From assembly GCA_021778015.1 (NCBI GenBank), contig JAJYCX010000002.1:47407-111406 (forward strand): 64,000 bases of DNA, in the 5' to 3' direction. Shown here in pieces: positions 9,356 through 18,543 of the stretch (its first letter is position 1; every line of letters starts with the position of its first letter). This DNA comes from Pseudomonadota bacterium (GTDB lineage Bacteria > Pseudomonadota > Gammaproteobacteria > UBA1113). A model generated the notes under the pieces. The model searched no databases and was not told the DNA's origin. It worked only from the letters and a program-made list of their open reading frames with translations. The translations under genes and the position numbers were made by a program.

Positions 9356-9420
9356 AAGTGGGCGCCTTGCTCAATAAGGTTAGAGTATAACAAAAACAGC
9401 GCCACCTTTCTTTTCGTATT

Positions 9421-9437
9421 CTGTGGATAACTTTGTG
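9421..9437. promoter_or_regulatory. DnaA box (TGTGGATAA, complement of TTATCCACA) within a 17-nt repeat, copy 1
   Basis: CTGTGGATAACTTTGTG is identical to 9603..9619. A second, weaker box (TGTGATTAA) follows after 3 nt. Confidence 0.6.
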
Positions 9438-9602
9438 ATTAAGTTTTTGTATACTGTACAGTCAGTTGTTATGAATATTGTCCATGTTTCTTTCACCTAA
9501 TTTATTTCGTAAAAAACCCTTATAAATCATATAGATATAAAATTTATCGTAAAATAACAAAAAAGCCTTGCCTTTTAATTTTTTTTTTGGTAGCCCAGAG
9601 CC

Positions 9603-9619
9603 CTGTGGATAACTTTGTG
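9603..9619. promoter_or_regulatory. DnaA box within the 17-nt repeat, copy 2
   Basis: CTGTGGATAACTTTGTG is a perfect copy, 182 nt from copy 1. The spacer between them is very AT-rich. Confidence 0.6.
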
Positions 9620-9839
9620 CACAATTAATGTAGAATTCATCGCTCAACTATGTGTTAATGCTTTAGAATGACCAAAAAGCGGCTACTTTGGGTTGATCCG
9701 TTTGCTTTCTAGGCAATATATGTAAGCATTTGGCATGGTCATGGCCCCTCGCTAGCGGTGGTCATAGTTAGCCCAATACAACTTGCCTTTAGGTACTAAA
9801 TTAGGCACACTGCTTTGATGTGATGATAAGGACAACGAT

Positions 9840-10214
9840 ATGCTCAATTATTTGCTTATAGGTCTAGGTGGCGCTTTAGGTGCCATGGCACGTGTCGGTG
9901 TGGGGCGTTTATTTCCCGCTACCCTAGTTGGTAGTATTCCTTTACAAATGTTGGCGGTGAACGTCATCGGCTGTTTTGTGATGGGATTAGTATCTTCATG
10001 GCTATCTTATCACGGTGGTCCCTTGGCCTTACGTTATTTTTTAGTCACCGGCGTACTCGGCGGCTTTACCACTTTTTCTGCTTTTGCGTTAGAAGGAATG
10101 CTGTTAGTACAAAAACAACAATATGGCTCCGCAGCAGCGTATATTATTTTGACGGTGCTATTGTGTTTAGCATTTTTCTTTATAGGATCTAAATTGTTTA
10201 TGCGGATGGTGTGA
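9840..10214 (+). CDS. crcB: Fluoride ion channel CrcB/FluC
   Basis: 124 aa, 4 TM segments, GGFTTFSAF motif. Confidence 0.9.
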   Translation: MLNYLLIGLGGALGAMARVGVGRLFPATLVGSIPLQMLAVNVIGCFVMGLVSSWLSYHGGPLALRYFLVTGVLGGFTTFSAFALEGMLLVQKQQYGSAAAYIILTVLLCLAFFFIGSKLFMRMV

Positions 10215-10225
10215 TGGAAGTTTAT

Positions 10226-10791
10226 GGCATACCATTATACATAAGTCTCTGTGGGCATTACGAAGCAACTATCTCGAACGCCGTCATTGCTGTAAAGGTC
10301 AAGTAATTCGTTGATAGAATAGTAGAAGAGTCACAACGAACTCCAAAATTTCACGGTACGATTGTTACGCGCGAAGCCCGTCATTGCGAGCAAGCGAAAA
10401 CACAAAATTATAAAGAAGTCTATGTGCGTGAATGTCTTTTGAATAGTAGAATTTCGCGGAACTAGATGAGCGCAGTGCGGCAATCCAGCGGTTTAATAAT
10501 GAAAATGAGCGGCTATATACAGTGAAAATCATAAAGCACTGTGGGTGTATAAATTGGGTATTTTACTGGATTGCCGCGCCGCACTCGTTTAGTTTCGTGC
10601 AACTTAGTCATTCTACTGTTGCTACCGTTCATATTTTCTATTATATATTCAGTACTCGTTTGCTCGCAATGACGGAACGGCGAGCTCTACGCTATCGAAG
10701 TCTACATATAGATATGGAGAAAACTATCAACGAATTACTTGACCTTTACAGCAATGACGGCTCACAGAGACTTATGTATAATGGTATGGCG
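10226..10791. repeat. Family-2 nested palindromic element (GTCATTGCGAGC / GGCAATCCAG modules), long copy
   Basis: Outer arms 10226..10317 and 10724..10791 are reverse complements. Inner arm pairs are CCCGTCATTGCGAGCAAGCGAA with TTTGCTCGCAATGACGG, and GCGGCAATCCAG with CTGGATTGCCGC. Confidence 0.85.
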
Positions 10792-11151
10792 TTTATGAAG
10801 CTCATCAGGACAATTGTCTCGACAGTGTCACGATTAGGAAATTGCTTACCATCTGAAAATGATTATTTCAGTTGTACGATTTTTCGTACAACTGAAATAA
10901 CTCTAAAGGGGGGTGACAATTTGTCCCCACCCTTTATTTAATTCTAGATCGCGAAGCCGCATTTTTTTTATATAACCTGATGGATCAACTGAATCTGTTA
11001 AGGCGGCAACTACATCTACAATTACAAACCACCATTCATTTTAGTGCAAAATTCTACGAATATTCTTATTTCTAAAAACAACCATTTTGTTAACTTCTAC
11101 TTCACCCATAACTGAGCTCCTTAAGATATTCTTTTATTTCAACTATAAATA

Positions 11152-11216
11152 AGGGTGGCCAGCCCAGGTAAAATCCCAAGCCAGCCTACGGTAGCTCCAT
11201 GCTACTACTAGACCTT
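11152..11216. repeat. 65-nt dispersed repeat, copy 2 (see 151..215)
   Basis: AGGGTGGCCAGCCCAGGTAAAATCCCAAGCCAGCCTACGGTAGCTCCATGCTACTAC. Confidence 0.5.
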
Positions 11217-11509
11217 AATCTGTACGCCTAAGGCCACATTCACTCACCTACAAATAAACTACTTTCTCGTTGAAGCGCACAGACACATTCTGCATGCCTC
11301 TTAAAATAGTTTAACGAGATACGTACCCTAAAAGTAAGGATGGTACTACATTCCACACGCTAACTTTAATCTTACTATTTACGCGTCAAACACCTAAGCC
11401 CTTACTTAACGGATTTAAATGAATGTATACACCGCAAGAAATTGCCATGACACAATTTCCGGTTTACGAGAAAACCCTAAGCAGCACGTTCCACTCACCC
11501 AAGCCGTTT

Positions 11510-11568
11510 TATACTCTTCGCATTTGCTTCTTAGGCTTTGTTGCCTAAAAACCAACTGCTTGAGTATA
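11510..11568 (+). repeat. Family-3 element (TATACTCTTCGCATTT...TGAGTATA), short form
   Basis: Both termini are retained and the central segment is absent (59 nt). Confidence 0.8.
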
Positions 11569-11881
11569 CGCTTAGACTAACGTAAGAGTAGAAACTAAAG
11601 CCACTAAGTGGGCATTTCTCGCAAATATAAAACACCGTTTCGCGTTTTTAAGCACGATAAAGCGGAATATTTGGATAATATGCGTACAAAGTGTTTGGTA
11701 ATTGCGCCGGGTGGACGACAACTCCCTTGTGTAGACGCGTTGGTGTGAGCTAAACTATTCGTAGCCATTTACATTCTCCTTTGAAGATTGTGATGGTTAG
11801 CGTCGGGATTTGGTGCTTCTACACCAGCCCGGCGCGCTTACTTACCCAAGTAAGCACCACCGCAGAACGATCCCCAAGCGT

Positions 11882-12008
11882 TATACTCTTCGCATTTGAA
11901 TTTTATGCTGTGTTGCCTTCGCCCATCTCGCACCAGTCATGTAGAGTACTACATTCCTGGTGCTCGAGCGCTCGGCGCCTCGCCTAAAAATCAACTGCTA
12001 TGAGTATA
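11882..12008 (+). repeat. Family-3 element, 127-nt long form
   Basis: TATACTCTTCGCATTTGAATTTTATGCTGTGTTGCCTTCGCCCATCTCGCACCAGTCATGTAGAGTACTACATTCCTGG...CTGCTATGAGTATA. Confidence 0.9.
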
Positions 12009-12085
12009 TACAACGATTTTTTATCATTCACGAATACATACTAGACCCTTGCTTCAATGCTTGTCAATAGTTTTTTTAACTTTTT

Positions 12086-13615
12086 TTAAAATCTTTTTCT
12101 AGTGATGATAGAATTGTAGTTACGGTAAAAATGAACCAATACCAACGACCAAAACATTAACAGTAATGCCGATAACATCATCCAACTAACGCCCTGTAAA
12201 AATGCAGTTTTAGTGATAGTAACCAAATTATTTGCTATTGATGTTGGAAACTCTCGTTGTAAACTATTCATCGCTTTTGCCCCTACCATAATATCCTGTA
12301 GCAATTTCAAATTTTGGGTAGAGACACTAAAGTGTTGTAATGCTAACAACGTCGTTAATTTAGAAAAACTTAAGCCTTGTAGCAACCAGCCCGAAATCGC
12401 TACACCGAAAGAAGAACCCACAAAACCATTGGTGAAGAATAAGCCTAGCGCAATACCGGTTTTTTGCGGTGGCACGCTGTGCATCAAACCAACTGAAGTT
12501 GCTGGCACAACTAAAGCAAAACCTATGCCCAATAAAGCTAAAGCGGGAAGAATCAAACTCAAAGTAGGAAGCATGTTGATAAAAGCCAATAATCCTAATC
12601 CCAGTGATAAAGCGATCAACGCTATTATTAAGCTTAGTTTAACGCCAAATCGCCCTACAAAATGGCCGCTGGCAATGGAAAAAACGGAGATCATGAGCGT
12701 CATAACCAGCAGTATAGATCCCGCATCCAGCGCACTGTATTGTAAAACAGTCTGCAACAACAAACTTAAAACAAAAAGCAACGACGCAAAAATAAGAATG
12801 GTTACAAAGCGTATCACATTTACTATAGTGAAATTTCGATTGCGAAATAAATGTAGCTCTAACAAAGGATATTTTGCCCGCCATTCAACACGTGCAAAAA
12901 CCAGTAACAGACATACAGCCGTGCTGAAAGTGAATATAAATCCTAATGAAGCAATACCCCACGTTGCGGCTTCATTGAGCGCTACCATAAATGAAAATAA
13001 GCCTAAAGCAAAGCTCATCACGACGAGCGGAGGTAATTGTATAGCTTTTTTTGTCTGTTGTTTAGATAAAAAATAATAAGCTAATATCAAGGCGACAATC
13101 CCCAGCGGCGCATCTATAATAAATATCCAGCGCCAATTTAACCACTCTACCATCACGCCGCCTAGACTGGGTCCTATGGCTTGTGATAAGCCCGCAATAG
13201 AAACCATTAATCCTATGGCAAAAGCCTGCTGTTTTTGTGGGAAAACATGACGAATGATGACCGCACCCACGGGGAAAATAAAAGCAATAGTCGCACCCTG
13301 CAAAATGCGGCTGATAATAATCGTGATGGGGCCTATAGAAAAAGCCACCGCCAATGAGAAAATAATAAATGCCCATAACGCTGCGATAAAGATGCGCCTA
13401 TAACCATAAGCATCCGTTAAACGCCCCGCAAAGGCCATGAATGCCGCCGCGGCAATGGTATAACCATTGATGATCCACTGCGCCTGGCTTAAATTTAAAT
13501 GCAATTGTGCCGCCATCTGCGTAATAGCCAGATTCACGGCCGTAATGTCTACATCGACCATCATCACCGTGATGGCAATAGCGATAAATATCCACCAATG
13601 TCGTTGAATGAGCAT
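12086..13615 (-). CDS. MFS transporter, DHA2 (EmrB/QacA-like, 14 TM)
   Basis: Multi-TM protein with DHA2-type length and organisation. I prefer the ATG at 13615 (MLIQRHWWIF...) over the track start at 13672. Confidence 0.8.
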   Translation of the reverse strand: MLIQRHWWIFIAIAITVMMVDVDITAVNLAITQMAAQLHLNLSQAQWIINGYTIAAAAFMAFAGRLTDAYGYRRIFIAALWAFIIFSLAVAFSIGPITIIISRILQGATIAFIFPVGAVIIRHVFPQKQQAFAIGLMVSIAGLSQAIGPSLGGVMVEWLNWRWIFIIDAPLGIVALILAYYFLSKQQTKKAIQLPPLVVMSFALGLFSFMVALNEAATWGIASLGFIFTFSTAVCLLLVFARVEWRAKYPLLELHLFRNRNFTIVNVIRFVTILIFASLLFVLSLLLQTVLQYSALDAGSILLVMTLMISVFSIASGHFVGRFGVKLSLIIALIALSLGLGLLAFINMLPTLSLILPALALLGIGFALVVPATSVGLMHSVPPQKTGIALGLFFTNGFVGSSFGVAISGWLLQGLSFSKLTTLLALQHFSVSTQNLKLLQDIMVGAKAMNSLQREFPTSIANNLVTITKTAFLQGVSWMMLSALLLMFWSLVLVHFYRNYNSIITRKRF

Positions 13616-13735
13616 AATGCTTACCTTCCTATTTTTTTTAAGATGCGTGTATTTTATACACAAACCATTCATTTGTACAGTGGATTATGATAATATTGAC
13701 TATTATTAATATGAATATATGAGGCAAGTCGTAGA

Positions 13736-14650
13736 ATGGATTTAAATAAAATTAATTTAAACTTACTGTTGATTTTAGATGCGCTGTTAACCGAAAGTCA
13801 TGTCTCTTTGGCCGGGGAACGATTGGGCTTAAGCCAGCCCGCCATGAGCCATGCCTTAAAACAGTTGCGTACTATTTATCAAGATCAGCTTTTAGTACGT
13901 GGCCAGTATTCTGCGATGGAATTAACTCCCTTAGCGCAAAGCTTAAAACAACCTGTGCGTAAAGCCATAGAAGAAATCCATGCCGTCTTTAAAGGACACG
14001 AACCCTTTGTGGCCGCGCAATCCACTCGTACTTTCCATATAGGCTTATCTGATTATCTTGCTTTTGTACTTATACCACAGCTAACCCATTTGTGTTTGGA
14101 TATCGCGCCCAATATAAAAATCACCCTGCATCATTTAAATCGCTTTAAAGGAATAGACGACTTTAAAGATCAGTCTCTGGATTTGGTTTTAGGTGCATTT
14201 GATAACGCCTTACCTACCTTAAAAAGTCAGCGTTTATTTACAGATAATGGTGTTTATGTGATGCAAGCAGCGCATCCTTTAGCAGGCAAAAAGAAAATAA
14301 CCCTAAAAGATACCGCCGCCTATCCGCATATTATGGTTTCTTATGTAGACGACCCAAAAGATACTTTTATCGATCGCATTTATCGTCAGGCAGGGTTTAA
14401 TGCGGTGTCGCGCATTATTGTTCCTCATGGCTATATGGCTTTATACGGTGTAGCACACAGCACTATGATCACCCATACTGTTGCTCGCTTGGCCACACCT
14501 TTCGTGGAAGTTTTTAACTTAGTATTAAAGGATTCTCCATTTTCTTGTCCTCCTTATGTAGCAAAACAATATTGGCAACCCAGCATGCAAGACGATCCGG
14601 CGCATCAATGGTTAAGACAGACGATTAAGCAGTTGTGTGAGGCATTATAG
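13736..14650 (+). CDS. LysR-family transcriptional regulator
   Basis: 304 aa with N-terminal HTH (LSQPAMSHALKQLR) and a substrate-binding domain. It is divergent from the MFS gene. Confidence 0.9.
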   Translation: MDLNKINLNLLLILDALLTESHVSLAGERLGLSQPAMSHALKQLRTIYQDQLLVRGQYSAMELTPLAQSLKQPVRKAIEEIHAVFKGHEPFVAAQSTRTFHIGLSDYLAFVLIPQLTHLCLDIAPNIKITLHHLNRFKGIDDFKDQSLDLVLGAFDNALPTLKSQRLFTDNGVYVMQAAHPLAGKKKITLKDTAAYPHIMVSYVDDPKDTFIDRIYRQAGFNAVSRIIVPHGYMALYGVAHSTMITHTVARLATPFVEVFNLVLKDSPFSCPPYVAKQYWQPSMQDDPAHQWLRQTIKQLCEAL

Positions 14651-15787
14651 CTGTAAATATTGCTTATAGTTGACGATCTGTACGATTGGATCTAAGTTAA
14701 GCGTTTCACCTTTGTAAATTAAAAATGCTTTATCTTCATCTCCTACTAACGCAGCAATAGCACTTTTCATACGAGCAGTATAAGTTTCCGTGGATTTTAT
14801 TTCAATAAATTCTTTATACTGTTTGCGGTCAATAATTAAATCGACTTCTACACCATGACTGGTACGATAATAGAATAATTCAGCATTTGATTTTTGATGC
14901 AACTCCCGTTTGCAGATCTCAGAAATAATATAATTCTCAAATAAGCTACCTGCCATAGGCCCTTTTTCATAATGTGCGCGGTCAGTAATTCCGACCAAAT
15001 AAGAAACCAGGCCTGTATCATAAAAATAGACTTTAGGACTTTTCACGATACGTTTACCGTAATTATTATGATACGGCGGTAACAAGAAAATAATATAAGA
15101 TGCTTCCAAAACAGAGATCCATTTTTTAACTGTTTTAACATCCACTCCCAAGTCATTGGCATAACGAGATAGATTTAAGGGTTGTGCGGTATTAGCGGCT
15201 AATAGATGAATTAGCCGACTAAAATCGCGTAGATCGCCTATATTCGCTAAAAGACGTACATCCTTGTTCAAGTAAGTGTCCATATAGGATGAAAACCAAT
15301 CTTCCATCAAACGATATTGTTTACCCACTAACTCAGGATAGCCACCACGAAAAACGGATTCATCTTGCAACTCGGGCGGTATCTCTGTGAATTGATAGGG
15401 CAATAAAGACAGTAAACCTATACGCCCCGCCAATGATTCCGATATATGTTGCATGAGTACAAATTGTCCCGAGCCCGTTAATACAAACTTACCGCAGCTG
15501 GTACGATCTTTATCCACGGCCATTTTAATATAAAGAAATAATTCAGGAACGCGTTGCACTTCATCAAAAATAACTTTGTCATGATAAATACGCATAAATT
15601 TTTCGGGGTCATCATAAAAAGCTTCGATAAAGCGTATATCGTCAAAATTAACATAGGTATAATTAGGCAAAATTTTAAGCAATAAAGTAGATTTCCCCGA
15701 TTGGCGCGGCCCAGTGAGGCCAATTATGGAAAAAAAGCCCAGATACTCATTTAACTTTTGCTCAAGGACACGATGTTGATATGGCAT
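14645..15787 (-). CDS. AAA+ ATPase with C-terminal DUF4143-like domain (COG1373-type)
   Basis: Walker A GPRQSGKST. I prefer the ATG at 15787 (MPYQHRVLEQ...); the track start at 15820 is a TTG. Its stop codon abuts the LysR stop. Confidence 0.75.
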   Translation of the reverse strand: MPYQHRVLEQKLNEYLGFFSIIGLTGPRQSGKSTLLLKILPNYTYVNFDDIRFIEAFYDDPEKFMRIYHDKVIFDEVQRVPELFLYIKMAVDKDRTSCGKFVLTGSGQFVLMQHISESLAGRIGLLSLLPYQFTEIPPELQDESVFRGGYPELVGKQYRLMEDWFSSYMDTYLNKDVRLLANIGDLRDFSRLIHLLAANTAQPLNLSRYANDLGVDVKTVKKWISVLEASYIIFLLPPYHNNYGKRIVKSPKVYFYDTGLVSYLVGITDRAHYEKGPMAGSLFENYIISEICKRELHQKSNAELFYYRTSHGVEVDLIIDRKQYKEFIEIKSTETYTARMKSAIAALVGDEDKAFLIYKGETLNLDPIVQIVNYKQYLQL

Positions 15788-15794
15788 ATTTATA

Positions 15795-15909
15795 TGTGTA
15801 AATTTGGAATCATAATCCAAATTTACACAAAAAATGGAGGATTGTCAAGTAAAACAGCCCTAGTTTTGTGTAAATCCGGTATTGGATTCCAAAATTACAC
15901 AAAAAATAG
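15795..15909. promoter_or_regulatory. Two tandem palindromic operator-like units upstream of the ATPase gene
   Basis: IR1 is TGTGTAAATTTGGA-N7-TCCAAATTTACACA (15795..15829). IR2 is TTTTGTGTAA-N21-TTACACAAAA (15864..15904). The right halves, CCAAATTTACACAAAAAATGG and CCAAAATTACACAAAAAATAG, are near-identical. Confidence 0.6.
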
Positions 15910-15951
15910 TGCTTTATAGCTGTATCTCTTTGATTTATAAAGAAATCAACT

Positions 15952-16734
15952 TTACGAACACGACACCGTATTCGCCAGCTTCACCCATTGCTCTACGCTA
16001 ATTTGCTCGGCGCGCATTTTGGGATCTAAACCCAGTGCGATTAACTGCTCGGAATTAAAATATTGCTTTAAACTATTGTGTATGGTTTTACGGCGCTGAT
16101 TAAATGCATCGCGTAGAATATCTTCTAACACTACCATCGAAGTAATATCATATAAAGGTTTTTCATAAGGAACCAAATATACTATCTTCGACATCACCTT
16201 AGGCTGTGGCTTAAACGCTTGTGGTGGTACGCTGAATAAGGCTTGTACTTTGCATTGTAATTGCATCATCACACTTAAACGCCCATAAGCCTTGCAACCT
16301 GGCTGTGCCGCTAAACGGTCTACTACTTCTTGCTGCAACATAAACAACATATCGTTGATATGATCTTTTTGTATTAATAGGTGAAATAGTAAGGGTGTAG
16401 AAATATTGTAAGGTAAATTACCGATGACGCGCACTTTTTGCGATGACAAATTCAAATCCAGCAAAGAAAAAGTTAAGGCATCTTGATGATGGATCTGCTT
16501 TAATTGCGGGTAGCGCCGCTGTAAATGTGAGATTAAATCGTTGTCGATCTCCACCACATCGACCACAGCACCACTCGTGAGTAAATGCTGCGTTAAAGCC
16601 CCTAGTCCAGGGCCAATTTCCAATACACGCTCACCTTTTTGTGCGGCAAAAGCACTGAGTATAGCGGCAATAACCGCTTCATCCTGCAAAAAATTCTGCC
16701 CAAAGTGCTTTTTAGCCGCACCAAAACGCGCCAT
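15952..16734 (-). CDS. rsmA: 16S rRNA (adenine1518/1519-N6)-dimethyltransferase
   Basis: FGQNFL, EIGPGLGALT and NLPYNIST motifs. The ATG at 16734 (MARFGAAKKHF...) lies 1 nt after the surA stop. Confidence 0.93.
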   Translation of the reverse strand: MARFGAAKKHFGQNFLQDEAVIAAILSAFAAQKGERVLEIGPGLGALTQHLLTSGAVVDVVEIDNDLISHLQRRYPQLKQIHHQDALTFSLLDLNLSSQKVRVIGNLPYNISTPLLFHLLIQKDHINDMLFMLQQEVVDRLAAQPGCKAYGRLSVMMQLQCKVQALFSVPPQAFKPQPKVMSKIVYLVPYEKPLYDITSMVVLEDILRDAFNQRRKTIHNSLKQYFNSEQLIALGLDPKMRAEQISVEQWVKLANTVSCS

Positions 16735-16735
16735 A

Positions 16736-18085
16736 TTAAGATTTTTTCTTTGCTGCGGGCGCATCTACTGGCGGTAAATAAATCTTAATGTACGTTGATG
16801 CGCGCATACGTTTTAGCCAATCTTGTGTTTTTTCATTCATTCTACTTTCAAACAACATGCGCTTGACCTGTAATTCTTTATATTCTTGTGTATTGTCTTT
16901 ATTCCTACGGCCTAGCACTTGTATTAAATGCCAGCCGAATTCCGTTTTAACCGGCTCACTGACTTGCTTAATTGCCAACGCATCCATGGCTTTTTCAAAC
17001 GGTGGCACCAAAGCACCCGGTTGCACCCAGCCTAAATTACCTCCTTTAATCGCGCTGGTAGGATCTTGAGAATATTTTTCTGCCAACTGCTCAAAACTCA
17101 CGCCACTCGCCATCTGGCTCTTCAAGCCCAGCAATTCTTTACGCACCATTTCATCGGTGTGCACCGCATCCGTTTTAATAAGTATATGACGCACATCGGT
17201 TTCTTGTATGGTGTGTTTTTGATCGCTGCCTTTTACACCAACCAAGCGCAATACATGTATACCATTGCCCGTACGAAATGGTGCACTCACGTCACCTTGG
17301 TTTAAACCCTGTACGGCTGCCACAAAAACTTGTGGTAATTGTTCAGGCGTGCGCCATCCTAAATCACCACCTTCTAACGCTTCTTCACCATTTGACTGTG
17401 CCGCTGCTAATTGTTTGAAATTAGCGCCGGCTTTTAGTTTCTGCTCAATATTGGCTGCTTTCTTATTGGCTGCAGCGAGTTCTTCAGAGGAAGGTTCATC
17501 CGGCAGTGCAATTAAAATATCTTCTATATTGTATTGTGCGGCTTGTTGCTGCGCTTGCTGATACCCTTTAGAATTTAAAATATTCTCCACATCTTGTTTA
17601 CTGATATAAACACGCGGCGCTACTTCGCGTTGCAATAATTGTTGTACCAAAAGTTGTTCACGTACTTGGTTACGATAAAAATCATAATTGATATTGTCTT
17701 TGCGTAAAGTTTGTTTGAGTGAATCTATGTTCATCTGATTCTTAGCGGCAATGTTGGCCATGGTATTGGTCAATGTAGCATCATCGATGGTAATATCCAT
17801 TTTTTCTGCCATTTGCAATTCTAATTTCTGATCTATCATCCGATCTAACACTTGATGCTCTAACTCAAGATTGCTGGGTAAAGGCGTATTATTATGTTTA
17901 AGCTGTGCTTTGATGTAGTCTACTTCTTTATCCAATTCACTTTGCGTGATGACATCGCTGCCTACCACTGCAACGACCGTATCTAAAGGTGCTGCTGTCG
18001 CCGCATCCATCGTCCGGGGTGCCAGAGTTAAACTCATGGCGAATACTAATAAGCTAGAAAAAAAGTAAAATTTAATTTTGTCCAT
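16736..18085 (-). CDS. surA: Periplasmic chaperone / peptidyl-prolyl isomerase SurA
   Basis: 449 aa with a signal peptide and two parvulin domains (GGDLGW, GGNLGW). Confidence 0.9.
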   Translation of the reverse strand: MDKIKFYFFSSLLVFAMSLTLAPRTMDAATAAPLDTVVAVVGSDVITQSELDKEVDYIKAQLKHNNTPLPSNLELEHQVLDRMIDQKLELQMAEKMDITIDDATLTNTMANIAAKNQMNIDSLKQTLRKDNINYDFYRNQVREQLLVQQLLQREVAPRVYISKQDVENILNSKGYQQAQQQAAQYNIEDILIALPDEPSSEELAAANKKAANIEQKLKAGANFKQLAAAQSNGEEALEGGDLGWRTPEQLPQVFVAAVQGLNQGDVSAPFRTGNGIHVLRLVGVKGSDQKHTIQETDVRHILIKTDAVHTDEMVRKELLGLKSQMASGVSFEQLAEKYSQDPTSAIKGGNLGWVQPGALVPPFEKAMDALAIKQVSEPVKTEFGWHLIQVLGRRNKDNTQEYKELQVKRMLFESRMNEKTQDWLKRMRASTYIKIYLPPVDAPAAKKKS

Positions 18086-18270
18086 TTTATGTCCGAATTA
18101 AGCTGTTTTTAAAAACCCTTCTTAGGGGCCCTCATGATTGTGCGTATATTAACCCACGAAGGCCTATGCGCACAAGAAATTTGTGGACTCAGTATGACGG
18201 TATTTTTGGTTAAATAAAGAACAGGATTGCCTTCTATCCTTTTAGCAATGAAATATAATGGAAAGGAAAC

Positions 18271-18508
18271 TAAGGCCGAATAAATGTTTATACAACTTTA
18301 TTCGAGAAGGTTCACTGAACTGTGTCATCCTCGGCAAGGCCGCGAGGCCGCAGCCGGGGATCCAGTTTCAATTTAAGTTTTCCCCTGATTTAATTCTGGA
18401 TCCCCGGCCGGAGCCTGTACTCGGTACTCCGGGTAACCGAGGATGACAATGCTCTGGTTCTTAATCTTACGCCCAGAATGACACAGTTCAGTGAACCTTC
18501 TCCTTTAT
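18271..18508 (+). repeat. Family-1 core wrapped in a different outer inverted repeat, copy 3
   Basis: Outer IR is GAGAAGGTTCACTGAACTGTGTCAT with ATGACACAGTTCAGTGAACCTTCTC. The core is GTCATCCTCGGCAAGGCCGCGAGGCCGCAGCCGGGGATCCAG, plus the module CCTGTACTCGGTACTCCGGGTA. Confidence 0.85.
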
Positions 18509-18543
18509 TCAGCCTTAATTTGAAGTGCTGCTTTAGCTGATTG

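Noticed and set aside
9462-9647. 61-aa minus-strand ORF in the priA-crcB intergenic region
   Set aside because: It lies in the very AT-rich spacer between the DnaA boxes. It has a Lys/Phe/Tyr-biased composition and no SD.
9660-9839. Fluoride riboswitch (crcB motif) expected upstream of crcB
   Set aside because: I could not find the conserved GGnGAUGG...UUCnCC / AACnnC / UGAUGAnnCCUAC elements. There are only vague resemblances (GGCATGGTCATGGCC, TGATGTGATGATAAGGAC). A covariance-model search (Rfam crcB motif) would settle it.
10522-10941. 139-aa ORF on the + strand
   Set aside because: It lies entirely within the arms of the 566-bp nested palindrome (family 2). Its sequence is a translation of repeat modules, and it has no SD.
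12213-13076. 287-aa ORF antisense to the MFS transporter. Similar antisense ORFs lie inside polA, priA, surA, the QGY-rich gene (19143..19724), proS and others.
   Set aside because: They are embedded opposite strongly supported genes. Their composition is low-complexity or biased, with no motifs. The 193-aa ORF at 19143..19724 merely mirrors the tandem repeats.
13684-13694. ATTATGATAAT palindrome as a LysR T-N11-A box in the MFS/LysR divergent promoter
   Set aside because: It is plausible, but it is too short and AT-rich to distinguish from background in this AT-rich intergenic region.
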